Below, one piece after another: positions 36,788-45,331 of a stretch of 48,610 nt of DNA; within the stretch, counting starts at the first letter, position 1, and each line of letters starts with the position of its first letter. Source of the stretch: a virus (lineage: Duplodnaviria; Caudoviricetes); the IMG/VR virus record IMGVR_UViG_3300012953_000048, positions 1 through 48,610 of that record; one strand, 5' to 3'. Made by a program: the position numbers and the translations under genes. Below the pieces are notes generated by a model that was not told where the DNA came from, ran no database searches, and saw only the letters and a program-made list of their open reading frames with translations.

Positions 36788-37302
36788 CAAGAGCATTTTG
36801 CCCCCCAAAAAATACACCTGATAAGGATATAGTAATGACCCCAGAGTATCTTGCTAAGGAGATCATTAAACACTTTAATCCTGTTGGTAAAATACTTGAC
36901 CCTAGTAGAGGAACAGGAGCATTTTATGACAACTATCCTACACTACATGATTCTCTATGCACTAAAGATTGGTGTGAACTAGGAGAAGGAAGAGACTTTT
37001 TATTATATCAGAAGAAAGTTGATTGGATTATTACTAATCCGCCTTGGTCTATGATGCAACAATTTCTAGAGCATGGCATGGAAGTGGCAGATAATATTGT
37101 ATATTTAACAACGATCAATCATTATACTACTAAACGTAGAATAAGAGATATGAGAGAACACAACTTTGCAATCAAAGAAATATATAATGTTCCCACACCT
37201 ACAAAACCTTGGCCACAACTAGGTTTTCAACTAGCTGCTGTTCATACACAACGAGATTATGAAGGAAATATTAAGTTTTCTTATTCCCCTGATCTTTTAT
37301 GA
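36784..37302 (+). CDS. compact amino-(N6-adenine) DNA methyltransferase
   Basis: TP..LA (motif X), LDPSRGTG (motif I), DFL, IITNPPW (motif IV); gamma-class order. Confidence 0.85.
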   Translation: MTRAFCPPKNTPDKDIVMTPEYLAKEIIKHFNPVGKILDPSRGTGAFYDNYPTLHDSLCTKDWCELGEGRDFLLYQKKVDWIITNPPWSMMQQFLEHGMEVADNIVYLTTINHYTTKRRIRDMREHNFAIKEIYNVPTPTKPWPQLGFQLAAVHTQRDYEGNIKFSYSPDLL

Positions 37303-37378
37303 TAGAATATGACTACATACTTAAGTCAATCCTACGATTGATATTTACCGCCTAATTAGGGCATTACAGTTAAAAAAA

Positions 37379-38512
37379 ATGAATAGAAACCAAAGACGTA
37401 AGCAACGTGTGGACGTTGACGATTTACTGTATTTACAGAAAATCATTTCAATAGATGAGTGGCATGACGATTGGGAAGTTTGCCCAATACAAAGAGACCA
37501 CGAAGAACGAGCAAGAAAACCTAAGCACAGAAATAAGTTTTCTACACTAGAATCAGCACACTTAGAAGTTGATGGGGCAATATTAACAAAAGATTGTTAC
37601 GACCCAGAGACGAAGAAAACATATAAAGCAGGGAGTAAATTTAAAACTAACGGACACACTAGAGACGCACATTGGTGGTCAGAAGATACTGATGATTGGC
37701 AACCATCAAAAGTGCGTGTGAGTTATAAGGAACACGATAACATTAAATCCATATACAGAGAATATGAAATGCACGATAATCCAGATGATGCAGAAATTGC
37801 ATCTGATCGGGTAGATGGTGCTTTTCGTGCTGTATTCGGAGAGAGACAGATTGTAATTAAAGATGGTAAGTTGCGTAAAGTTGAACCAATACAACACGCA
37901 GCTTTACTATGTTTTTCTAACAAGTATAACGTCAAGATGAAAACAAATACTGTTAACATCAAGATGTGGGTTTGTGATATTGAAGATGCTATTTTGTGGG
38001 TTCGCAAGATATATCTTGATGCTGAATTTGGTAGTTTCAAAAGCACAGCACTACCACACTATAACCCATTTACTTGGGCATATCTTGTTTCTTATATGAA
38101 GTATAAGGAAGAACCAGAAGCACTAGAGAAACTAAAAGATTTAATGTTTAGAGTCTCTAATTGTGAAGTGGTAGTTGACCCCTCAAATGGACGTGAAGAT
38201 AGATTTAATCCTTTAAATGTATTCTTGAGAGAGTGGCAACAACTCAAAGCAGGTACGTCAAGGTATGTTCAGACTTCAGCGATGAACGGAAGTTACCCCT
38301 CTAACAATATGAAATCATTTACACTATTGTGTATTGATAGATTTATTGAAGGCAAGTATCTTAGTAAAGATGGTAGCATGAGAGGTGTTAACTGGAAAGC
38401 ATACTTAGAGGAGTGGGAACTTCTTTGGAAGGTGGCACATGGTATGACTACACCCCACGTTGAATATGCTACATTACCAATAGAGTTATTCCCCGAAGAC
38501 GAGGAAGAATAG
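37379..38512 (+). CDS. hypothetical protein with DGQHR/ParB-like N-terminal motifs
   Basis: PIQR..K.NGHTR..W pattern; TGATAGAAT extended -10 at 37300-37308. Confidence 0.5.
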   Translation: MNRNQRRKQRVDVDDLLYLQKIISIDEWHDDWEVCPIQRDHEERARKPKHRNKFSTLESAHLEVDGAILTKDCYDPETKKTYKAGSKFKTNGHTRDAHWWSEDTDDWQPSKVRVSYKEHDNIKSIYREYEMHDNPDDAEIASDRVDGAFRAVFGERQIVIKDGKLRKVEPIQHAALLCFSNKYNVKMKTNTVNIKMWVCDIEDAILWVRKIYLDAEFGSFKSTALPHYNPFTWAYLVSYMKYKEEPEALEKLKDLMFRVSNCEVVVDPSNGREDRFNPLNVFLREWQQLKAGTSRYVQTSAMNGSYPSNNMKSFTLLCIDRFIEGKYLSKDGSMRGVNWKAYLEEWELLWKVAHGMTTPHVEYATLPIELFPEDEEE

Positions 38513-38567
38513 ACCAGTTAGGATAGTGTCACAACCCCTCGACAGAGGGGTTTTTTAATGCTATAAT
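38510..38567 (+). promoter_or_regulatory. palindrome-type early promoter, copy 3
   Basis: TAGACCAGTTAGGATAGTGTCACA; TCGACA(38539)-17 nt-TATAAT(38562). Confidence 0.7.
38533..38556 (+). terminator. intrinsic terminator
   Basis: AACCCCTC-GACA-GAGGGGTT followed by TTTT. Confidence 0.8.
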
Positions 38568-38579
38568 AAGAGTATTGAA

Positions 38580-39827
38580 ATGGTTATTATGAATTTACGT
38601 CCACATCAGAAAAGAGCATTTGACGCTATGCAAGAGAATGACAAGGGTCAGGTCATCGTGCCTACTGGTGGTGGTAAAACATATATCATGATTGCTGACG
38701 CTATCAAGAGATTCAAGTTACCAGTTGCACAGACTACAGTTGTAGTCGCCCCTCGTATCTTACTTGCTAACCAGTTGAGTGCAGAGTTCCTAGAGTTCAT
38801 TACTGACGTTGATGTTGCTCATGTTCACTCAGGAGAGACTCATCATTTTAGCACAACTAATCAGTTCGAGTTAAATACATGGGTAAACAACAGCACAAAA
38901 AACATTTTGATATTTACCACATATCACTCACTACAGAAAGTTGTTAATGCAGTTGACGTAGAAGTTGATACTATTTACTTTGATGAAGCACACAATGGTT
39001 GTGGTAAGCATTTTAATATTGCTCTATCTCAGATAGTCCAGTATGCAAAGAGAAGTTTCTTTTTTACAGCAACACCTCGCATAGGTCGTGGTGTATCTAC
39101 TGACAGAGGCATGAACAACACAAATATATACGGTGGTGTCTTGGAGAATGTTCCTGCACAGGAATTAGTTGCTAGTGGTTCGATTGTTCCCCCTAAAGTT
39201 GTTCCTTTCGAGACTCGTAACACTACACAAAGAGATAAGTATAATGCACATGAAATTGATGCTGATAACCTCAGAGATATTATCAATACATTTGATGACA
39301 ACCAGAACAACAAAATCCTAGTTGCTGCACCTAGTTCAAGAGTATTGGGTAATATGCTCGGACATACTACTATTCTTGAGTATTTCAAGGATAATGGATA
39401 TGACTTTATGCACATTACATCAAAGTTTGGTGCTATCATCAATGGTGTAAAGGTTGGTAGAGAAGAGTTTTTCGACACCCTCACAAAGTGGGGTCAGGAC
39501 GATAACAAAAGATTTGTTATTTTCCACTATTCAATACTATCTGAAGGTATCAATGTTCCAGGATTAACTCATACTGTTTTACTCAGGAATTTACCAATTA
39601 TTGAAATGGCACAAACAATAGGTAGAGTAATTAGAGTTCATACTGATGACAGAAAAGCAGTTGCTAATGGTCTTATTCCTGCAGGTGCATTTCACTTATA
39701 CAAAAAACAGTTTGGACAAGTAAGTGTTCCAACTGGATACAAACGTGGCGATGCTATTGGAAAAAGATTACAGCATGTAGTCAATCAAATTTTCATCGAT
39801 GGTGTTCCCCCTATCGCTTATTGCTAA
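38580..39827 (+). CDS. SF2 DEAH-box helicase (ResIII-like)
   Basis: LRPHQ, PTGGGKT, APRILL..Q, TTYHS, DEAH, TAT, EGINV, Q.IGR.IR; start 38580 or 38589. Confidence 0.92.
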   Translation: MVIMNLRPHQKRAFDAMQENDKGQVIVPTGGGKTYIMIADAIKRFKLPVAQTTVVVAPRILLANQLSAEFLEFITDVDVAHVHSGETHHFSTTNQFELNTWVNNSTKNILIFTTYHSLQKVVNAVDVEVDTIYFDEAHNGCGKHFNIALSQIVQYAKRSFFFTATPRIGRGVSTDRGMNNTNIYGGVLENVPAQELVASGSIVPPKVVPFETRNTTQRDKYNAHEIDADNLRDIINTFDDNQNNKILVAAPSSRVLGNMLGHTTILEYFKDNGYDFMHITSKFGAIINGVKVGREEFFDTLTKWGQDDNKRFVIFHYSILSEGINVPGLTHTVLLRNLPIIEMAQTIGRVIRVHTDDRKAVANGLIPAGAFHLYKKQFGQVSVPTGYKRGDAIGKRLQHVVNQIFIDGVPPIAYC

Positions 39828-40768
39828 TGAAATTAAGACCTCAAAAAGATACAATATTATATGGGGATTGTAGAAATACAATTCCTACTATACATGAGAG
39901 AGTCCAGATGTGTGTAACCTCGCCCCCTTATTATGGACTAAGGGATTATGGTGGGGAGTCATCACAAATAGGACAAGAACAAACACCCGAAGAATATATT
40001 GAAGAACTTGTAAAAGTATTCAGAGAAGTTAAGAATGTCTTAGCAGATGATGGAACTCTATGGTTAAACATAGGGGATAGTTATTATAACTATAGACCAG
40101 GAAAAGGTCAATCATATCCTAAACAAACAGTATCTAAAACTAAACAAGATTTACCTGATAAATGTAATAAACGAGGTAACAAATTAGATGGACTCAAAGA
40201 GAAAGATTTAATTGGAATACCTTGGTTATTAGCGTTTGCATTACGCAAAGATGGGTGGTATCTTAGGCAAGATATTATTTGGCATAAACCTAATCCAATG
40301 CCAGAAAGTGTTAAAGATAGATGCACTAAATCTCATGAATATATTTTCCTATTCTCTAAGAATAAGAAATATTATTATGACAATGAAGCAATTAAAGAAC
40401 CCGCAAAAGATTGGGGAACTAGAGATAGAACTAAAGGAAAGTATCATAATAAAGGAACTGGATTACAACCTCATTCTGGACTTACTAAAAGTTACCCAAC
40501 AAAAAATAAAAGATCTGTTTGGTCAGTAACTAATAAACCATATAAGGGAACTCACTTTGCAGTATTTCCCCCTGACTTAATTGAACCTTGCATACTGGCA
40601 GGGAGCAAAAAAGGGGATTTAATTCTCGACCCATTCATAGGTAGTGGCACAACAGCAATGGTATCTAAACAATTAGATAGGCATTATATTGGGTGTGAAC
40701 TACATGAAGAATATAAATCCCTGATAGATTCTAGATTACCAAATACATCGCTTACTGATTTGTTTTAG
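39827..40768 (+). CDS. beta-class N4-cytosine/N6-adenine DNA methyltransferase
   Basis: TSPPY (motif IV), W.KPNPMPES, H.A.FP..L, LDPF.GSGTT (motif I); TAATG coupling to the helicase. Confidence 0.92.
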   Translation: MKLRPQKDTILYGDCRNTIPTIHERVQMCVTSPPYYGLRDYGGESSQIGQEQTPEEYIEELVKVFREVKNVLADDGTLWLNIGDSYYNYRPGKGQSYPKQTVSKTKQDLPDKCNKRGNKLDGLKEKDLIGIPWLLAFALRKDGWYLRQDIIWHKPNPMPESVKDRCTKSHEYIFLFSKNKKYYYDNEAIKEPAKDWGTRDRTKGKYHNKGTGLQPHSGLTKSYPTKNKRSVWSVTNKPYKGTHFAVFPPDLIEPCILAGSKKGDLILDPFIGSGTTAMVSKQLDRHYIGCELHEEYKSLIDSRLPNTSLTDLF

Positions 40769-40827
40769 TGTGACAGTTAACGTACTGTCCACTATTGCTT
40801 GCATATCACCTCATAGTCACCTATAGT
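40769..40827 (+). promoter_or_regulatory. palindrome-type early promoter, copy 4
   Basis: TGTGACAGTTAACGTACTGTCCAC; TTGCAT-17 nt-TATAGT(40822). Confidence 0.75.
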
Positions 40828-40853
40828 ATATTCATACAAACAAATTAAGGGTT

Positions 40854-41288
40854 ATGTCAACAAATGCAAGAATCGCAATTAAAAGGTCAGATGACAATTT
40901 TGTTTCAGTTTATCATCATTGGGACGGTTATCCTGAGTGGTTGGGTTTAACACTATTAGAACAGTATAATAGTCAGGATAAAGTTGAAAAACTTATTGAA
41001 GGTGGCAATATGTCATCTTGCTATTCTGATAACGTATATGATTTTGATAAGCAAACATTTGTTAAGCGTGACCCCCAACCAGAATATTATGGTGGAGACG
41101 ATGAGAAACCTAAGACAGCAAACTCAATCACAGAATTTTTCGATCATTGCGATAAATGTGGTGCAGAGTTTGGTTATGTTTTTGATAGGGGAGAGTGGTT
41201 TGCATACAATACAGATGACTACTACCCAGAAAAAAATAGAACTCTAATAGACTTAGAGGAAGTTGTAAACAAGTATCAGGGAGCATAA
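40854..41288 (+). CDS. hypothetical early protein (YxHWDGYP motif)
   Basis: MST.A.I..SVY.HWDGYP...G..L...Y, E..Y.F....W. Confidence 0.75.
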   Translation: MSTNARIAIKRSDDNFVSVYHHWDGYPEWLGLTLLEQYNSQDKVEKLIEGGNMSSCYSDNVYDFDKQTFVKRDPQPEYYGGDDEKPKTANSITEFFDHCDKCGAEFGYVFDRGEWFAYNTDDYYPEKNRTLIDLEEVVNKYQGA

Positions 41289-41497
41289 TGAAATTTCATG
41301 TAAAAGAAGTTGAATTTGAGTTAGATGAAGTTGGCGATGGAATTCCAGAATTTCAGTTAACTTTTGATGAAGAGAGAGCAATTCATGACTCAGCACTTGG
41401 TATTTGGGAAGCAAAAGATGAAAAGGATTTAATAGAGGTAATTATTGACGAGGTTGGTTATTACCCTATCATCAGAGAATATAAAATCATCAAGTGA
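41288..41497 (+). CDS. hypothetical early protein
   Basis: GGAG SD; TAATG coupling. Confidence 0.7.
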   Translation: MKFHVKEVEFELDEVGDGIPEFQLTFDEERAIHDSALGIWEAKDEKDLIEVIIDEVGYYPIIREYKIIK

Positions 41498-41556
41498 TGT
41501 GACAGTTTAACTAGTGTCACATAATTTCCCCATTCCCCTCTATAATGCTCTATTAT
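41498..41556 (+). promoter_or_regulatory. palindrome-type early promoter, copy 5
   Basis: TGTGACAGTTTAACTAGTGTCACA; TATTAT 53 nt after motif start. Confidence 0.8.
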
Positions 41557-41610
41557 AATAGTATGAAAACAACAACCATCACACCCGATCAATTTATTCA
41601 AGGTAACTAC

Positions 41611-41799
41611 ATGAACAAACTTGATTTTTTATCAGATGTATTAGAGGATTTTTGCGATAAGCATAATCTACCATTCATGAGTGCTGATGATCTATTATAT
41701 GCTCATGTATATGCTGAGATCGATGCCCTCACTACATTTCAACAAAATTGGTTAAACAATTATATTGAAGTGTGGGATATTATTGCACAGGAGAACTAA
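41611..41799 (+). CDS. hypothetical early protein
   Basis: The track's ATG 41545 lies inside the promoter; ATG 41611 (AAGGT SD) or 41563 is more plausible. Confidence 0.65.
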   Translation: MNKLDFLSDVLEDFCDKHNLPFMSADDLLYAHVYAEIDALTTFQQNWLNNYIEVWDIIAQEN

Positions 41800-41802
41800 A
41801 TC

Positions 41803-42012
41803 ATGACAACACAAGAACGTGACAATGCAATTACTCAAATGTCTAAACATTTGTTTAATACGATGACTACCAGAGTCAGCGAAGATAGAAAACTAGATGC
41901 TCTATCAATTTGCGAGGAGTGGGTAGTAGATGGAAAAGACCCTCAAGACGAGGATACAGAGTTCATCTTTATTCCTAACACAACTTTTGGCGATTGGACT
42001 TGGGAGGTGTGA
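41803..42012 (+). CDS. hypothetical early protein
   Basis: AGGAG SD; stop lies inside palindrome copy 6. Confidence 0.7.
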   Translation: MTTQERDNAITQMSKHLFNTMTTRVSEDRKLDALSICEEWVVDGKDPQDEDTEFIFIPNTTFGDWTWEV

Positions 42013-42066
42013 CAGTACGTTTAGTGGCACATAGTTCCCCTATTCATACCCATTTATCCCTATAAT
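42008..42066 (+). promoter_or_regulatory. palindrome-type early promoter, copy 6
   Basis: TGTGACAGTACGTTTAGTGGCACA; TATAAT 53 nt after motif start. Confidence 0.8.
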
Positions 42067-42092
42067 AGAGGTATAGCAAACAAAGAAACATC

Positions 42093-42347
42093 ATGCACAA
42101 CTTTAAAGAATTCCTTGATTATTGCGAATCATTCTATTCACCTAGTCACCCTGACGTTTTATATCCTATCGATGGATTAACTAGACAAGAGTTAGCACTT
42201 GCAACTCTCAACTATCTTGATTTATGTGCGGTTGAAAATAGTAACATCACTTGGGGCGATGGCGATTCACTAGACAGAGAGAGAGTAAGAGATTTTGTTA
42301 TTCAAAGAAGAGCAACAGAGCAAACAGCACAAAAACTAGGAATTTAA
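42093..42347 (+). CDS. hypothetical early protein
   Basis: F..YC..FY......YP and GDS.DRE.VRD motifs; follows CAA-rich leader. Confidence 0.72.
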   Translation: MHNFKEFLDYCESFYSPSHPDVLYPIDGLTRQELALATLNYLDLCAVENSNITWGDGDSLDRERVRDFVIQRRATEQTAQKLGI

Positions 42348-42351
42348 ACTA

Positions 42352-42609
42352 ATGGACAAAGCACTAATTAATGAACTAAAATCCTTTTTAGTTGAAAGAT
42401 ATGTTGACAATATGTCAACAAAAGATCTAGTTCAATATGTAACAGATGATCTAGATGACCTATACAAGAATATGCCTGATGCAGAATTTCTTGATGAAGC
42501 ACAAAACTATTGGGACGATTCTTTTGGCGAAGTTGTTGATGAGATTCAAGATTATATGAAATCTGATTTTAAACTACCATTAAGAGAACCATTCGAGGAA
42601 ACAAATTAA
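42352..42609 (+). CDS. hypothetical early protein
   Basis: AGGA SD; acidic, 85 aa. Confidence 0.7.
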   Translation: MDKALINELKSFLVERYVDNMSTKDLVQYVTDDLDDLYKNMPDAEFLDEAQNYWDDSFGEVVDEIQDYMKSDFKLPLREPFEETN

Positions 42610-42770
42610 TGAGTGAGTTAACTAAAAAACAAAAGTTACTCATTCACTTGAATGAAGTAAAAGGAATATTGGAAACTTGCACATCACTTGAAGATGAAGA
42701 GTTTGGCATATTCCAGACTTTTAACGGTATCATAATGGACGATATTATGAAACCCCTAATGGACAGTTAA
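42609..42770 (+). CDS. hypothetical early protein (53 aa), not in ORF track
   Basis: MSELTKKQKLLIHL..KPLMDS*; GAGGA SD, TAATG coupling, stop inside palindrome copy 7. Confidence 0.65.
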   Translation: MSELTKKQKLLIHLNEVKGILETCTSLEDEEFGIFQTFNGIIMDDIMKPLMDS

Positions 42771-42817
42771 TTATGTGTCACACACTTCCACGCATAGGGT
42801 ATAATATACCTTATAAT
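42759..42817 (+). promoter_or_regulatory. palindrome-type early promoter, copy 7
   Basis: ATGGACAGTTAATTATGTGTCACA; TATAAT 53 nt after motif start. Confidence 0.75.
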
Positions 42818-42843
42818 AAGAGTAAGAAAACAAAGAAACAAAA

Positions 42844-43014
42844 ATGCAACAAATGATTCCCGAAACATTGCCAGTTCACATGAACGGAGATCAGATTTAC
42901 CAGATGGTAAAACTGTATGATATTCTTAGGGATATGGATTTCCCACTCACTTCTAAACAGGTCGAAGTGTTCGAGAATATTCAAGATGCAGAAGTTAACG
43001 GAGGATTTTTCTAA
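42844..43014 (+). CDS. hypothetical early protein (56 aa), not in ORF track
   Basis: MQQMIPETLPVHM..NGGFF*; follows CAA-rich leader. Confidence 0.65.
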   Translation: MQQMIPETLPVHMNGDQIYQMVKLYDILRDMDFPLTSKQVEVFENIQDAEVNGGFF

Positions 43015-43265
43015 TGAAACTCAAAAACATTATGTATAGAAATTTTGACTCACTCACAAATGATGAGAGAAAATTTTATGACGATAATCAAGAAAAATAT
43101 AATCTTGGAATATGTGATAAGTATAATACTGTAGAAATGGTATTAATATATCCCGAATTCGATTTTGAAGAGTTATCGGACAGAGGTATAGAAGAATGCG
43201 AAAAAAATAATTATACCGCATTAAGTGTGGAAGCATTTGAAGAACTTGTTTTGGAGGATTTTTAA
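43014..43265 (+). CDS. hypothetical early protein
   Basis: GGAGG SD; TAATG coupling. Confidence 0.7.
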   Translation: MKLKNIMYRNFDSLTNDERKFYDDNQEKYNLGICDKYNTVEMVLIYPEFDFEELSDRGIEECEKNNYTALSVEAFEELVLEDF

Positions 43266-43484
43266 ATGATTAAAATTGAACTAACAAAAGGACAATTTCA
43301 AGAAATTTATGATGCAGTTAGGGATTTACCTGACGAGATCAAAGAAGATTTAGCATTTAATGATGAAGAACCTGATGTTGCACATCTAGATCTTTTTAGT
43401 GCGGTTGATGAACTTGCAAGAATTGATAAGAGACTCAATAAACCATTTAAGCAAGTAAAACTCAATTCGCCCGATTGGGTGTGA
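43266..43484 (+). CDS. hypothetical early protein
   Basis: GGAGG SD; stop inside palindrome copy 8. Confidence 0.7.
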   Translation: MIKIELTKGQFQEIYDAVRDLPDEIKEDLAFNDEEPDVAHLDLFSAVDELARIDKRLNKPFKQVKLNSPDWV

Positions 43485-43537
43485 CAGTTACATTAGTGGC
43501 ACATCATTTGACCATTCACTCTATTATGGACTATAAT
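43480..43537 (+). promoter_or_regulatory. palindrome-type early promoter, copy 8
   Basis: TGTGACAGTTACATTAGTGGCACA; TATAAT 52 nt after motif start. Confidence 0.8.
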
Positions 43538-43560
43538 AGTAGTATAAACAAAGAGGATTT

Positions 43561-43707
43561 ATGAACAAGTATGATTTTACAAATGACCAAATGGAAGTCC
43601 TTTGGGTCATGATTACCTACTTCAGAGAACTAGGTATAAATCCAAAACATCAAAAGAAATTCAATTCTCTAGTAGATTATATGCAAACAGGAGGAGATTT
43701 ATTCTAA
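43561..43707 (+). CDS. hypothetical early protein (48 aa), not in ORF track
   Basis: MNKYDFTNDQMEVLW..GGDLF*; GAGGA SD. Confidence 0.65.
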   Translation: MNKYDFTNDQMEVLWVMITYFRELGINPKHQKKFNSLVDYMQTGGDLF

Positions 43708-43889
43708 TGTCAGTTTTACATCACGAGTCTTTACTCGAAACTTGCTATGATGAAGCATGGGAAGATTATCGAAAAAAGAATAATCTTACATACGAGCAAC
43801 TTACTACGATAGAGCAGAATCATCAATTCGGTATCTTACCAGAGATCGAAGCAGATGCAACAAAACGATTCGAGGACTTAATGCAATGA
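43707..43889 (+). CDS. hypothetical early protein
   Basis: Likely start ATG 43707 (AGGAGG SD, TAATG coupling): MSVLHHESLLETCYDEAW. Confidence 0.7.
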   Translation: MSVLHHESLLETCYDEAWEDYRKKNNLTYEQLTTIEQNHQFGILPEIEADATKRFEDLMQ

Positions 43890-44068
43890 ACTACAAACAA
43901 CTTATAGAACTTGATGGTTACATTAACCTATGGGAAGTAATACCAGAAGATGAGCATAACCATATTTCTAACAAGATATGGGAAGCACTTGATCGGGCAG
44001 GGATAACCCTAACACAAGATGCAGAGTTATCGGTAAGAGTGTATGACAGTATAGAAAGTGGCACATAG
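43886..44068 (+). CDS. hypothetical early protein
   Basis: GAGGA SD; ATGA coupling; runs through palindrome copy 9. Confidence 0.65.
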   Translation: MNYKQLIELDGYINLWEVIPEDEHNHISNKIWEALDRAGITLTQDAELSVRVYDSIESGT

Positions 44069-44100
44069 TTGCCCCATTCAACTATCCTAACCTCTATAAT
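44042..44100 (+). promoter_or_regulatory. palindrome-type early promoter, copy 9
   Basis: TATGACAGTATAGAAAGTGGCACA; TATAAT 53 nt after motif start. Confidence 0.78.
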
Positions 44101-44123
44101 AATAGTATAAGCAACAAACAAAC

Positions 44124-44636
44124 ATGACTCAAACAAAAGTAATTGGCGAATCAGTTAAAAAGACAAACAGGACTTTTGTTAAGTCTTATACTGAAGAGTA
44201 TTGTAAAGCACTCACAAAAAACTATCTTGACCAACACGTTAGACAGTTGAAAATCAATTCAGAGAGATTTTCAAAACCTAACGATAGCGTATTAGGTCAG
44301 CGTCAAGATCTATCTGACTATGCAAATCAGCAACTAGCAGAGATCGAAAACGGAACAGCGAACCTAATGAAATTTGGAATTACTGAAGGTCGTAAGTATT
44401 ACAAAGTAGTCCAACAGGAATTTGAAACTTGGGAAGGTTCAAAGTTTTACGGAAAATACAGAAATTCAAGTGTTGTTGCATTTGTTGATAAGGAAACTGG
44501 TGACGTATTCAAACCAGCTGGTTGGGCAAAACCAGCTAAGCATGTAAGATATACATTTCAAAAACCTGAGCATATCAGATTTTTAACTGACTCTAAAAAT
44601 GTTGATTGGTCAGGTGGTCATCTTTACATAAGATAG
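44124..44636 (+). CDS. conserved hypothetical early protein
   Basis: GRKY.KV..SV.AFVDK.TGDV.KPA.W..PAKHVRY motif. Confidence 0.78.
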   Translation: MTQTKVIGESVKKTNRTFVKSYTEEYCKALTKNYLDQHVRQLKINSERFSKPNDSVLGQRQDLSDYANQQLAEIENGTANLMKFGITEGRKYYKVVQQEFETWEGSKFYGKYRNSSVVAFVDKETGDVFKPAGWAKPAKHVRYTFQKPEHIRFLTDSKNVDWSGGHLYIR

Positions 44637-44644
44637 ACCACAGA

Positions 44645-44715
44645 GTCAACGTACCTTGTGACAGTTATATTAGTGTCACAGGGTTGCCCTATTCATACCC
44701 ATATACCTCTATAAT
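44645..44715 (+). promoter_or_regulatory. palindrome-type early promoter, copy 10
   Basis: GTCAACGTACCT + TGTGACAGTTATATTAGTGTCACA(44657-80); TATAAT 53 nt after motif start. Confidence 0.8.
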
Positions 44716-44741
44716 AATAGTATAGACAACAAACAAACATC

Positions 44742-44984
44742 ATGAACGCAACTTCAGTTTACACAGAACCAACAAACAGAATTAAGCAGAGAATTCTATT
44801 TGATGATAACCTATCTAATGTTGCTTGCCTATGTGCTAACTGGGCAGAGTTCGTTATGGAGATCTCAGAGTGGGGCATCTACAAGTTAGGAGGAGTCGAT
44901 TTTGATACTCTTACAGAGTTTCAAATACAGCACTTAGACATTTTCATGAAAGCGGAAAATGGTTACATCAGAGACGAGGGTTAA
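44742..44984 (+). CDS. hypothetical early protein
   Basis: Follows CAA-rich leader. Confidence 0.7.
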   Translation: MNATSVYTEPTNRIKQRILFDDNLSNVACLCANWAEFVMEISEWGIYKLGGVDFDTLTEFQIQHLDIFMKAENGYIRDEG

Positions 44985-45131
44985 ATGGAACTCACTAAAA
45001 AACAACTTGAATACGTCCTCGAATGTCTCAATTTTCATTATGCTGAGAATGATGACATTAAAGCGGACATTATCGAACTTAATGCTAGTATATGCAGACT
45101 AGTCTCACATCAATTACAGGAGTTTAACTAA
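44985..45131 (+). CDS. hypothetical early protein (48 aa), not in ORF track
   Basis: MELTKKQLEYVLECLNFHY..QEFN*; GAGG SD. Confidence 0.65.
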   Translation: MELTKKQLEYVLECLNFHYAENDDIKADIIELNASICRLVSHQLQEFN

Positions 45132-45132
45132 A

Positions 45133-45330
45133 ATGACAAGAGCAGAATACGAATTGGTCTATTCAGCAATCAGATCATACCGCACTTACATGACAGACGA
45201 GCAGGAAGTTTTAAGCGAGAAAATTTTAGACGATCTTTTTTATCCATCTTTCGATAGTCTTAAAGGAGTCGAAGATCTCGAAGAGACCGCACCAGAGGAT
45301 AATGAAATTAAATCATTAAACTTCAGATAA
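45133..45330 (+). CDS. hypothetical early protein
   Basis: AGGAG SD. Confidence 0.7.
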   Translation: MTRAEYELVYSAIRSYRTYMTDEQEVLSEKILDDLFYPSFDSLKGVEDLEETAPEDNEIKSLNFR

Positions 45331-45331
45331 T

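Noticed and set aside
38589-39850. Similar N-termini of helicase (MNLRPHQK) and MTase (MKLRPQK)
   Set aside because: Too short, and the codons differ; LRPHQ is the ordinary helicase Q-motif, so coincidence is likely.
41498-41521. CRP or NtcA binding sites
   Set aside because: TGTGA and TCACA are 14 bp apart rather than 6, and the NtcA GTA-N8-TAC pattern is not consistent across copies.
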